Below, in pieces: positions 56,915 to 64,000 of a stretch of 64,000 nt of DNA (position 1 is the first letter of the stretch; each line of letters starts with the position of its first letter). The stretch comes from Chloroflexi bacterium HGW-Chloroflexi-2. Lineage in GTDB: Bacteria > Chloroflexota > Anaerolineae > Anaerolineales > Anaerolineaceae. The notes beneath the pieces were generated by a model, which was not told where the DNA came from, ran no database searches, and worked only from the letters and a program-made list of their open reading frames with translations. The stretch covers positions 186,734 through 250,733 of the forward strand of contig PHBY01000003.1 in assembly GCA_002840735.1 (NCBI GenBank). Reading direction: 5' to 3'. The position numbers were made by a program, and so were the translations under genes.

Positions 56915-58315
56915 TCAAGGGCTCAGGAATTTATTTGCCAATTGAATTAATGCGTCATTTTCCGCAAATTCGATAGTGCGTTTCAAAAAATAAGTGGAAA
57001 GTTGTGTTTTGTTCCGGAAATAAAAGAGTTGTCCCAAATGCAAATTTACCAATGCAGATTCAGGCGCTGCTTTATAGGCTGAAGTTAAGAAACGTTCTGC
57101 TGAAGTGTAATCCTCCAATATTAAGAATAACCATCCCAGGGTATCATAAGCTTCCCAATTATTCTCATCAATTAAAAGAGCCTGTCTTGCTGCCGGTAAT
57201 CCAATTTCTTGAATTTCAACCTTGTATTCTCCACAAAATCGTGCCAGATTAATCCAATAATATGAGTTTCCAGGTTCGATTTTTGTAGTTTTTATAAATG
57301 CCTGTAATGCTTTATCCACATTTCCTGCCAGGATGTATGTATTTCCCAATTCTTGTTGCCAAATAGCCTCACCAGGCTCATCACTGGATAATTCCTGATA
57401 CATTTCCAGACTACGCTCAAAATCATTCTGTGTCCGCCAATAGGAGGCTAAAAATGCTCTGGTAATGATCGATTTTGGTGAGATGCTCAGTGCTTTATTC
57501 AGAGCAGAAATGCCATCTTTACCAGAATTGATTAATGCATTTCCATACAAGGCCCAACCTTCCGCGTATTCAGGATCCAGACGCGTTGCATAGGCATAAG
57601 CCGCACTGGCATAATTCCATTCACCGATGGATGCCAATAGATTCCCGGATAAAACCATTTGATACACAGGATTCTCTTCCTGTATGATCATCTCAATTTC
57701 GGGTAAAAGAGATTGGATTTTGCGATTGGTAGAGCTGGTTATGGTTGTTAGGGCTGCTTCCGGTTCAAATATAATTTGTGAAAAAGCCAGAGGCAGAACA
57801 AGATCTTTATTTTCAGGGTCGATTTCCTTCCATTTCAATAATGTCTGGTAGGCACCAAACCAATCATTTTTCGATTGTTGAATCTGTATCAATGCCGGTA
57901 AATCTTCAGCTCTTAAATCTTTATGATTATTAATCGTTTGCCATGTAGCATAAGCATTCTCCAATTGATTGACATCCCAATAAACCTGCCCCAGAAGAAA
58001 TGTTTGATCGACCGTCAATGCTGAGATTGAATCAGCTACTTTGAAAGAATGAACGGCATCTTCAAGGTTTCCATTTTGGATTTGTTTTTCTGCCAACCTG
58101 ATCCATAAATTGGCATGCCAGGGTTGTTGTCTCAAAATCGTATGTGCGATTTCAATCCATTTTTCTGTTTGGTTTGTATTCTTGTATAAATCGAAACTTT
58201 GCCATTGGGATTCGATTGTTTTTGAATAAGGAGTTACATCCAGGTAGAGAGAGATCAGGAAAGGTAAGCATATGACAACAATGGAGGGTATTAATTGTTC
58301 CAATTTTCTCATCAT
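56915..58315 (-). CDS. TPR-repeat protein with N-terminal membrane anchor
   Basis: N-terminal TM helix, then at least 8 TPR-like repeats (W..LG..Y...G....A...F..A..L.P). Confidence 0.7.
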   Translation of the reverse strand: MMRKLEQLIPSIVVICLPFLISLYLDVTPYSKTIESQWQSFDLYKNTNQTEKWIEIAHTILRQQPWHANLWIRLAEKQIQNGNLEDAVHSFKVADSISALTVDQTFLLGQVYWDVNQLENAYATWQTINNHKDLRAEDLPALIQIQQSKNDWFGAYQTLLKWKEIDPENKDLVLPLAFSQIIFEPEAALTTITSSTNRKIQSLLPEIEMIIQEENPVYQMVLSGNLLASIGEWNYASAAYAYATRLDPEYAEGWALYGNALINSGKDGISALNKALSISPKSIITRAFLASYWRTQNDFERSLEMYQELSSDEPGEAIWQQELGNTYILAGNVDKALQAFIKTTKIEPGNSYYWINLARFCGEYKVEIQEIGLPAARQALLIDENNWEAYDTLGWLFLILEDYTSAERFLTSAYKAAPESALVNLHLGQLFYFRNKTQLSTYFLKRTIEFAENDALIQLANKFLSP

Positions 58316-58332
58316 ATGATCACCTGACCTGT

Positions 58333-58968
58333 TCAGGCATTAAACCAGATCAAAAGCAGACTGGCATATTCTGCCAGAGTCTGACGCCAACCCTGCGGAG
58401 ATAAATACCAGGTCAGAGGTTTATACCAGCTTTCTTCCACCGGATGTACCAGAACTTTAATATCAGAATCTTTAAATTCACGGTTGAAGATCATCTGTGT
58501 GCGCCGCGTATGATAAGGTGCAGTAATCACCAGTAGCGATGTAATATTGCGTTGTTTTGCCAGTACTTTAACAGCCATAGCTTCTTCTATTGTTGAAGAT
58601 GACTCTCCTGCTGTGACAAACATGGAATCTGCCGGTACGCCAGCATCAATGGCAATCCGCATCAGCTTTTCACTATAAGTCTGTCCTTCTCCTATATCTT
58701 CCGTGTGTGTTTTTGTGATGACCAAATATTTTCCGTACCCTTTTTCATACCACTTGATGGCTTCTTCCACACGATCCCCCTCATCGCCACTTAAGACCAC
58801 AATGGCATCAACCGGTTTGACTCGATCACCCACGATCAAATATGCACCTGCGCCAATCAAACCAACCCAGACGAGAATGAAAACAACCAGAATGACCAGT
58901 AAGAATATGAGACATCCCTGCAGCAATGATTTTGAATTCTGAGTTGAGTTTGATGCAGCGTTATTCAT
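58333..58968 (-). CDS. YdcF/ElyC-family (DUF218) protein, membrane anchored
   Basis: TM anchor, then the DUF218 pattern DAIVVLSGDEGDRVEEA ... LVITAPYHTRRT. Confidence 0.75.
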   Translation of the reverse strand: MNNAASNSTQNSKSLLQGCLIFLLVILVVFILVWVGLIGAGAYLIVGDRVKPVDAIVVLSGDEGDRVEEAIKWYEKGYGKYLVITKTHTEDIGEGQTYSEKLMRIAIDAGVPADSMFVTAGESSSTIEEAMAVKVLAKQRNITSLLVITAPYHTRRTQMIFNREFKDSDIKVLVHPVEESWYKPLTWYLSPQGWRQTLAEYASLLLIWFNA

Positions 58969-58984
58969 GCTTATGCTTTCTGTT

Positions 58985-60136
58985 TCACGTCTCCAATGCC
59001 TGTTTCATCCGCTCCAATCCTTCTATCATCATACTGCGTGGGCATCCAAAATTAAAGCGTACAAAGCCCTCCCCACCATGTCCAAATATCTTTCCATCGT
59101 TGAAAGCTACTCCAGCATCCTGAAGGAAAAATTCATAGGGACTCTTTTCTATTTCTAAATCGCGACAATCCAACCATGCCAGATAAGTGCCTTCAACCGG
59201 TGTGATTTTTATGTCCGGGATGTTTTCATGGATATATTCAACCAGAGCCCGATAGTTGCCATTCAGATAAATTAATAATTGTGATAACCATTCATCACCA
59301 TGTTGATAAGCTGCCAAAGCGGCTGTATAACCTAATAAGTTCACTTCCGGGACAATGCCAACTCGTGCCTGCTTTAGATTTTTTCGTAATTCCGGATTTT
59401 GTGCCACGGCAAAGGAAAATCCCAGACCTGCGATGTTATAGGTTTTACTGGGTGCCATTAATGTAATGGTTTTTTGGGCAATTTCTGGGTTGAGCGATGC
59501 GATCGGTATATGTTGATAACCGGGACAAATAATATCAGCATGAATTTCATCCGAACAAATATATATATCTTTCTTCAAACAAATATCTGCCATCGATAAT
59601 AATTCATTTTCGGTAAATACCCTTCCAACGGGATTATGTGGATTGCATAGTAAGAACATACTGGTATTTGAATCAATAGCGCTTTTAAATTGGTCAAAAT
59701 CAATCAGATATCTTCGGTGTAAATCCATTTGCAGAGGAGCATCTTTCCTGTGCGCGCTGGCATTTTGCGGGGCTGATAAAAATGGATGGTAAACAGGCGG
59801 CTGCATCAGCACCTGTTGATCAGGTTGTGTAAGTGCATGGATAACCAGATTAAAACCATTCACAACACCTGGCAAAAAAACAATATCTTCCAGTGAGATA
59901 TTCCATTGATACAAATTGCTCAGGCGTTCTTTAATCGTTTCTTTTAAAACCAGGTTTTCCGATGGATACCCAAACACCCCATGTTTGACCCTTGCTTCCA
60001 ATGCATCTATTACCGGTTGTGGAGATCGGAAATCCATATCTGCCACCCAAAATGGCAGGATTTCCTTATCATAAAGATTCCATTTAATACTATCGGTTTC
60101 TCGACGGGGAATTATTTCATCAAAGTTATATTGCAT
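58985..60136 (-). CDS. patB: PatB/MalY-type cystathionine beta-lyase (PLP aminotransferase class I/II)
   Basis: N-terminal DEIIPRRETDSIKW, VADMDF, NPHNPVGRVF, and the PLP-lysine region APSKTYNIAGL. Confidence 0.85.
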   Translation of the reverse strand: MQYNFDEIIPRRETDSIKWNLYDKEILPFWVADMDFRSPQPVIDALEARVKHGVFGYPSENLVLKETIKERLSNLYQWNISLEDIVFLPGVVNGFNLVIHALTQPDQQVLMQPPVYHPFLSAPQNASAHRKDAPLQMDLHRRYLIDFDQFKSAIDSNTSMFLLCNPHNPVGRVFTENELLSMADICLKKDIYICSDEIHADIICPGYQHIPIASLNPEIAQKTITLMAPSKTYNIAGLGFSFAVAQNPELRKNLKQARVGIVPEVNLLGYTAALAAYQHGDEWLSQLLIYLNGNYRALVEYIHENIPDIKITPVEGTYLAWLDCRDLEIEKSPYEFFLQDAGVAFNDGKIFGHGGEGFVRFNFGCPRSMMIEGLERMKQALET

Positions 60137-60307
60137 GAATCCTCATATTTTAATTAATAATTTTGTATCCTTATTCAATTTCAATACCTGGATACATATT
60201 ACGATTATACTTTCAGTAGAAATGCTTGTCGATGAGCCGTGATGATAAATGAAAAACAAAAAAATCAGATTGTCCTGTAAAATTAGAAAAAAAGACGGAT
60301 TTAACCA

Positions 60308-61198
60308 ATGAATTTACCCACCATTAATTTACTTACCTCCCATGGCTGGAAAGACTATGAATTGGTCGACAGTGGGAATGGATCTAAACTGGAACGCTAT
60401 GGTACTTATTTGATCAAGCGACCGGAACCAGAAGCGATCTGGAAGCCGTCCAAACCTGAAAAAGTTTGGAATCAACTCCATGCCGAATTTCTACCAACTG
60501 CCGAGAAGAATGGCGGGCATTGGATTGAACACCGTCCGATGGAAGAACGCTGGAAGATGCAATACAAAAACCTGACTTTCTGGGCTCAGAAATCCGCCTC
60601 CCGTCATTTGGGTGTGTTTCCCGAACAAGCCGTGCAGTGGGAATGGATTCAACAGCAAGCCAGCATTCCGAATGTGCGCTTAAATGTGCTGAATTTATTT
60701 GGCTACACAGGTATAGCGAGTCTGGCAGCAGCCAAAGCAGGCGCATTTGTTTCCCATCTGGACGCTTCCCGCAAAGTGAATCAATGGGGACAGGAAAATC
60801 AGGCACTCTCCGGGATTTCTGATCAATCCATTCGCTGGTTGGTGGACGACGCATTCAAGTTTGTTAAACGTGAGATTCGCCGTAATAGCAAATATGATGG
60901 CATTATCCTCGATCCGCCGAAATTCGGCCGTGGGCCCAAAGGTGAGGTCTGGGAATTTTACAAAATCTTGCCCGATTTGTTGGATAGTTGCCGGCAAATA
61001 TTGAGCGATAAACCCATCTTTGTTTTAATAACGGCATACGCCATCAAAGCATCATCTTTAACCCTTTATTACGGTTTAGAAGAGATGATGCGAAAACATA
61101 AAGGGAAAACAACCGTAGGTGAGGTTGTGTTAAGTGAAAAAACTGGCAAGAATGCCATCTCCATGGCAATTTATGGCCGCTGGACTTCATTATCTTGA
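60308..61198 (+). CDS. Class I SAM-dependent methyltransferase (RlmI/RlmK-like, Methyltrans_SAM family)
   Basis: SAM motif I VLNLFGYTGIASLAAAKAGA, and the catalytic region ILDPPKFGRG. Confidence 0.75.
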   Translation: MNLPTINLLTSHGWKDYELVDSGNGSKLERYGTYLIKRPEPEAIWKPSKPEKVWNQLHAEFLPTAEKNGGHWIEHRPMEERWKMQYKNLTFWAQKSASRHLGVFPEQAVQWEWIQQQASIPNVRLNVLNLFGYTGIASLAAAKAGAFVSHLDASRKVNQWGQENQALSGISDQSIRWLVDDAFKFVKREIRRNSKYDGIILDPPKFGRGPKGEVWEFYKILPDLLDSCRQILSDKPIFVLITAYAIKASSLTLYYGLEEMMRKHKGKTTVGEVVLSEKTGKNAISMAIYGRWTSLS

Positions 61199-61214
61199 TC
61201 AAAGGAATCATTTC

Positions 61215-62078
61215 ATGAGTACTCAAACAAAATTTGCGATTATTGGCGCAGGCGCTATGGGAGAAGCCATAATCGGTGGCTTATTACGTCAGAACCTGAC
61301 TTCATCAGAGAATATTCATGCATCCGAACCTCGCTTGGAACGTTGTGAAGAGTTGAAAACCAGATATGGAATAACAACTTCATCTCAAAATTTGGAGGTG
61401 ATTGAAAACGCAGATGTGGTGGTTCTGGCAGTCAAACCGCAACGCCTGGAAAAAATCCTGGCTGAATTGGCTGGCCATATTCCTGCCAAAGCAGTGGTAA
61501 TAAGCATAATTGCTGGCGCTTCGATTGAAAAAATTTCTAAAGGTCTGGCTCATAACACAGTTGTACGCACCATGCCAAATACACCTGGTCAGATTGGTAA
61601 AGGCATAACTGTTTGGTTTGCTCCGGCTAGCGTATCTGACCATCAATTGGAAAAAGCCCGCATGATGCTGCAAGCCCTGGGTGAAGATGTTCAGGTGGAT
61701 GAGGAATATTATCTGGATATGGCCACCGCTGTCTCCGGGACCGGTCCCATGTATGTCTACTTATTCATGGAAGCCTTCATGGACGCTGCTGTTCACCTCG
61801 GATTTTCACGTTACGTGGCGGAACAATTGGTGATCGAAACCATTCGAGGATCGGTAGATTATTACGAAAGTCAATCGGTTCACGTTGCGGATCTCAGAAA
61901 CAAAGTCACTTCCCCCGGTGGCACATCTGCTGCGGCTTTATATTACCTTGAGAAATCCGGATTTAGAACAGCTGTTTCGCGTGCCATCTGGGCTGCCTAT
62001 GAACGCTCACAGCAGTTGGGCAAAGGGAAATTAGATCAACATCCCGAAAAAAATAATGAAAATGGAATAATAGAATAG
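61215..62078 (+). CDS. proC: Pyrroline-5-carboxylate reductase
   Basis: FAIIGAGAMGEAI Rossmann motif, VLAVKPQ, MPNTP, and C-terminal VTSPGGTSAAAL. Start set at the ATG with an AAAGGAA RBS; the track start at 61134 overlaps the upstream gene. Confidence 0.9.
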   Translation: MSTQTKFAIIGAGAMGEAIIGGLLRQNLTSSENIHASEPRLERCEELKTRYGITTSSQNLEVIENADVVVLAVKPQRLEKILAELAGHIPAKAVVISIIAGASIEKISKGLAHNTVVRTMPNTPGQIGKGITVWFAPASVSDHQLEKARMMLQALGEDVQVDEEYYLDMATAVSGTGPMYVYLFMEAFMDAAVHLGFSRYVAEQLVIETIRGSVDYYESQSVHVADLRNKVTSPGGTSAAALYYLEKSGFRTAVSRAIWAAYERSQQLGKGKLDQHPEKNNENGIIE

Positions 62079-62099
62079 TAAACACGCAAGGAGTTAACA

Positions 62100-63044
62100 T
62101 TGAAATATCGCAATCTGGGAAATACTGGCGTTAAAGTTTCGGTCGTTGGAATAGGCACCAACCGTTTTGGATCAGATAAAACAAATCAATCAGAAGTTAA
62201 TAAAATTATTGATTATGCCCTGGATTTAGGGATTAATCATTTAGACACGGCCGATGCATACCAGAATGGAAATTCTGAAATTGTGTTAGGAAACGCGCTC
62301 AAAGGCAAATGGGATCGCTTCTTTCTTGCCACGAAATTTTACCATCCGACCGGAGTAGGAATCAATAATCGCGGTGCCTCCAGATACCATATCTTTAATG
62401 CCGTGGAAGCCAGCTTAAAACGACTCCAAAGTGATCATATTGACCTTTATTATGTGCATCGCTGGGATGCGGATACTCCCATTGAAGAAACACTTAGTAC
62501 TTTGGATGGTTTGATCCAGCAAGGTAAAGTTCGGTATATAGGTGCATCCAATTTCGCAGCCTGGCAACTGGCAAAAGCAAATTTTTTAGCAGATTTCAAG
62601 AATTGGAATGCATTTGCAGCGATCCAATCACATTATCACATGTTTGAAAGGGATCTGGAAAAGGAAGTAATCCCCTTCTGTCAGGCTGAAAAATTGGCAT
62701 TAATCCCGTATTTTCCTCTGGCAGGTGGCTTTCTGACCGGTAAATACCAGAGGGGAAAACCTGCGCCAGTCGGATCGCGTGGTGAAAGCAATGAATATGT
62801 TCAAAAATACATGACCGATAAGAACTATGATATTCTGGAGAAATTAATTACGTTTGCAAAGGATCACAATCACGAGATGAATGAACTGGCAATCGCCTGG
62901 TTAGTGGCACAACCTCAGGTGGCGTCCGTAATTTCAGGTGCCACCACTTTGGATCATGTCAATCAGAATGCTGTCGCTGCTGAATGGGAATTAACACAAA
63001 AAGAATTGGAAGAAATCGAGAAAATTTTAAAGGGAGATTCATAA
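62100..63044 (+). CDS. Aldo/keto reductase
   Basis: TTG start with an AAGGAG RBS. AKR blocks LDTADAYQNGNSE, DLYYVHRWD and GASNF. Confidence 0.9.
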   Translation: MKYRNLGNTGVKVSVVGIGTNRFGSDKTNQSEVNKIIDYALDLGINHLDTADAYQNGNSEIVLGNALKGKWDRFFLATKFYHPTGVGINNRGASRYHIFNAVEASLKRLQSDHIDLYYVHRWDADTPIEETLSTLDGLIQQGKVRYIGASNFAAWQLAKANFLADFKNWNAFAAIQSHYHMFERDLEKEVIPFCQAEKLALIPYFPLAGGFLTGKYQRGKPAPVGSRGESNEYVQKYMTDKNYDILEKLITFAKDHNHEMNELAIAWLVAQPQVASVISGATTLDHVNQNAVAAEWELTQKELEEIEKILKGDS

Positions 63045-63097
63045 ATATCTTCCCATTTTGATTTGACAGAATTTCAACCTTCTCCTAAACTAATCGA

Positions 63098-64000
63098 ATG
63101 CTCGCACGCGTTTTTTCTTGTGGCGTCATCGGATTAGAAGGCGTCATCATCGAAGTAGAAGTAGACTCAAGCAACGGACAACCCAAAGTGTTGATTGTAG
63201 GTCTACCCGACGCAGCGGTTCAGGAAAGCCGTGAACGCGTTCAATCGGCGGTTAAGAACAGCAGTTTCACCTTCCCCCGCAAACGAGTCACCATCAATCT
63301 CGCTCCGGCAGATGTGCGCAAAGAAGGACCAGCTTACGATTTACCCATAGCAGTTGGTGTTCTGGCTGCCAGCCAACAAATTAACCCCGTTAAACTTCAA
63401 AAAAGTCTGGTGGTTGGTGAACTTTCCCTGGATGGCACCTTACGCCATGTCCGTGGAGTGCTTCCCATGGCTGCCTTAGCCCGTGAGGAGGGCTTTCAGC
63501 GTTTGATCGTTCCCAAAGTCGATGCTGAAGAAGCTGCCCTGATACCGGATCTGGAGATCATTGCTGTCGAATCTTTAAGGCAATTAGCTGATTGGTTGCG
63601 GGGCGAAATTGAAATTGAGATCCCCAAGCCATCTTTTTCATTAGATGAAGCCATTCTGCAATACCAGACTGATTTCCAGGAAATCAAAGGCCAGGAGCAT
63701 GTCAAACGCGCTTTAGAGGTAGCCGCAGCGGGAGGGCACAATGTGTTGATGGTCGGGCCACCCGGTTCCGGAAAAACTCTGATGGCACGAGCTCTTCCTT
63801 CCATCATGCCCACGATGACCATTGACGAAGCTCTGGATGTCACCCGCATCTATTCAGTGGCAGACCAATTACCGTCTGATATCCCTCTCATGCGTAACCG
63901 GCCATTTCGCTCGCCCCATCACACCATCAGTCATGCCGGTCTGGTCGGTGGAGGAAACTGGCCACATCCCGGTGAGATTTCTCTGGCCCATCGTGGTGTT
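63098..64000 (+). CDS. comM: YifB/ComM-family Mg-chelatase-like ATPase (N-terminal 301 aa; continues past window end)
   Basis: My own translation is MLARVFSCGVIGLEGVIIEVEVD ... INLAPADVRKEGPAYDLPIAVGVL ... KGQEHVKRALEVAAAGGHNVLMVGPPGSGKTLMA, with no stop before the window end. Confidence 0.9.
   Translation, partial: MLARVFSCGVIGLEGVIIEVEVDSSNGQPKVLIVGLPDAAVQESRERVQSAVKNSSFTFPRKRVTINLAPADVRKEGPAYDLPIAVGVLAASQQINPVKLQKSLVVGELSLDGTLRHVRGVLPMAALAREEGFQRLIVPKVDAEEAALIPDLEIIAVESLRQLADWLRGEIEIEIPKPSFSLDEAILQYQTDFQEIKGQEHVKRALEVAAAGGHNVLMVGPPGSGKTLMARALPSIMPTMTIDEALDVTRIYSVADQLPSDIPLMRNRPFRSPHHTISHAGLVGGGNWPHPGEISLAHRGV

Noticed and set aside
58981-58996. parS-like sequence. TGTTTCACGTCTCCAA has a perfect left half-site of the TGTTTCACGTGAAACA consensus. 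GTCACGCGTGAAAC near 2335..2350 is another near-palindrome.
   Set aside because: The right half does not match in the first case, and the second carries a 2-nt insertion in the centre. I found no full 16-bp parS anywhere in the window, including in or near parB.
60414-60854. A 146-aa ORF antisense to the SAM-methyltransferase gene (also 60695..60997).
   Set aside because: The sense frame carries clear SAM-binding and DPPKF motifs. The antisense frames have no motif and are Arg/Ser/Pro-rich.
63496-63849. A 117-aa minus-strand ORF near the window end.
   Set aside because: It lies inside the clearly recognisable YifB/ComM gene on the plus strand, which the track missed only because that gene has no stop within the window.
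1-64000. A scan for CRISPR arrays, rRNA or tRNA genes, tandem repeats, retron/DGR/RT genes, toxin-antitoxin pairs and recognisable defence genes.
   Set aside because: I saw no regularly spaced direct repeats and no tRNA-like T-arm (GGTTCGAAT-type) motifs in the intergenic gaps. All gaps are short apart from the roughly 500-nt gap upstream of ileS, which the T-box leader, its promoter and the hairpin explain. I saw no reverse transcriptase or Cas-like proteins. The HNH endonuclease belongs to a conserved stand-alone family and has no partner genes. This was a by-eye scan, so tRNAscan-SE, Infernal/Rfam and a defence-system finder should still be run.

Overview
This is a 64-kb stretch of a low-GC bacterial chromosome. 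It is densely packed with about 65 genes and most are housekeeping. They include parA-parB, tyrS, ileS, ftsK, lgt, lspA, the rpmH-rnpA-yidD-yidC-jag cluster, ldh, proC, mtaB, rtcB plus archease, and three nucleoside phosphorylases. The FhaA/FhaB-like pair next to a SEDS-PBP gene, the long IleRS behind a T-box, RtcB with archease, and many lipobox proteins suggest a Chloroflexota (Anaerolineae-like) or related lineage. That placement is inference only. I found no rRNA, tRNA or CRISPR array by eye, and no intact mobile element. The only clear accessory patch is at 23.1-25.0 kb, where a decayed IS630-family transposase sits beside a chloramphenicol-phosphotransferase-like kinase. I saw no recognisable defence island or obviously new multi-gene system. 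The observations most worth follow-up are: (1) one 867-aa ORF fusing a SEDS glycosyltransferase (RodA/FtsW) to a class-B PBP whose three transpeptidase motifs all look degenerate, placed after two FHA proteins; (2) a soluble histidine kinase with an N-terminal tandem MshEN/T2SSE_N-like putative c-di-GMP-binding motif, in the same cluster as an orphan CpaF/TadA ATPase, a 95-aa unknown protein and a double-HTH regulator; (3) an ABC-2 permease fused to a SpoIIM/DUF95 domain; (4) a polytopic membrane protein ending in a sigma-70 region-4-like HTH; (5) a well-supported Ile T-box leader with its own promoter and terminator upstream of ileS; (6) a DUF123/GIY-YIG gene split by a frameshift. All coordinates and motif positions were worked out by hand from the sequence and the ORF track. 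No database search was run.
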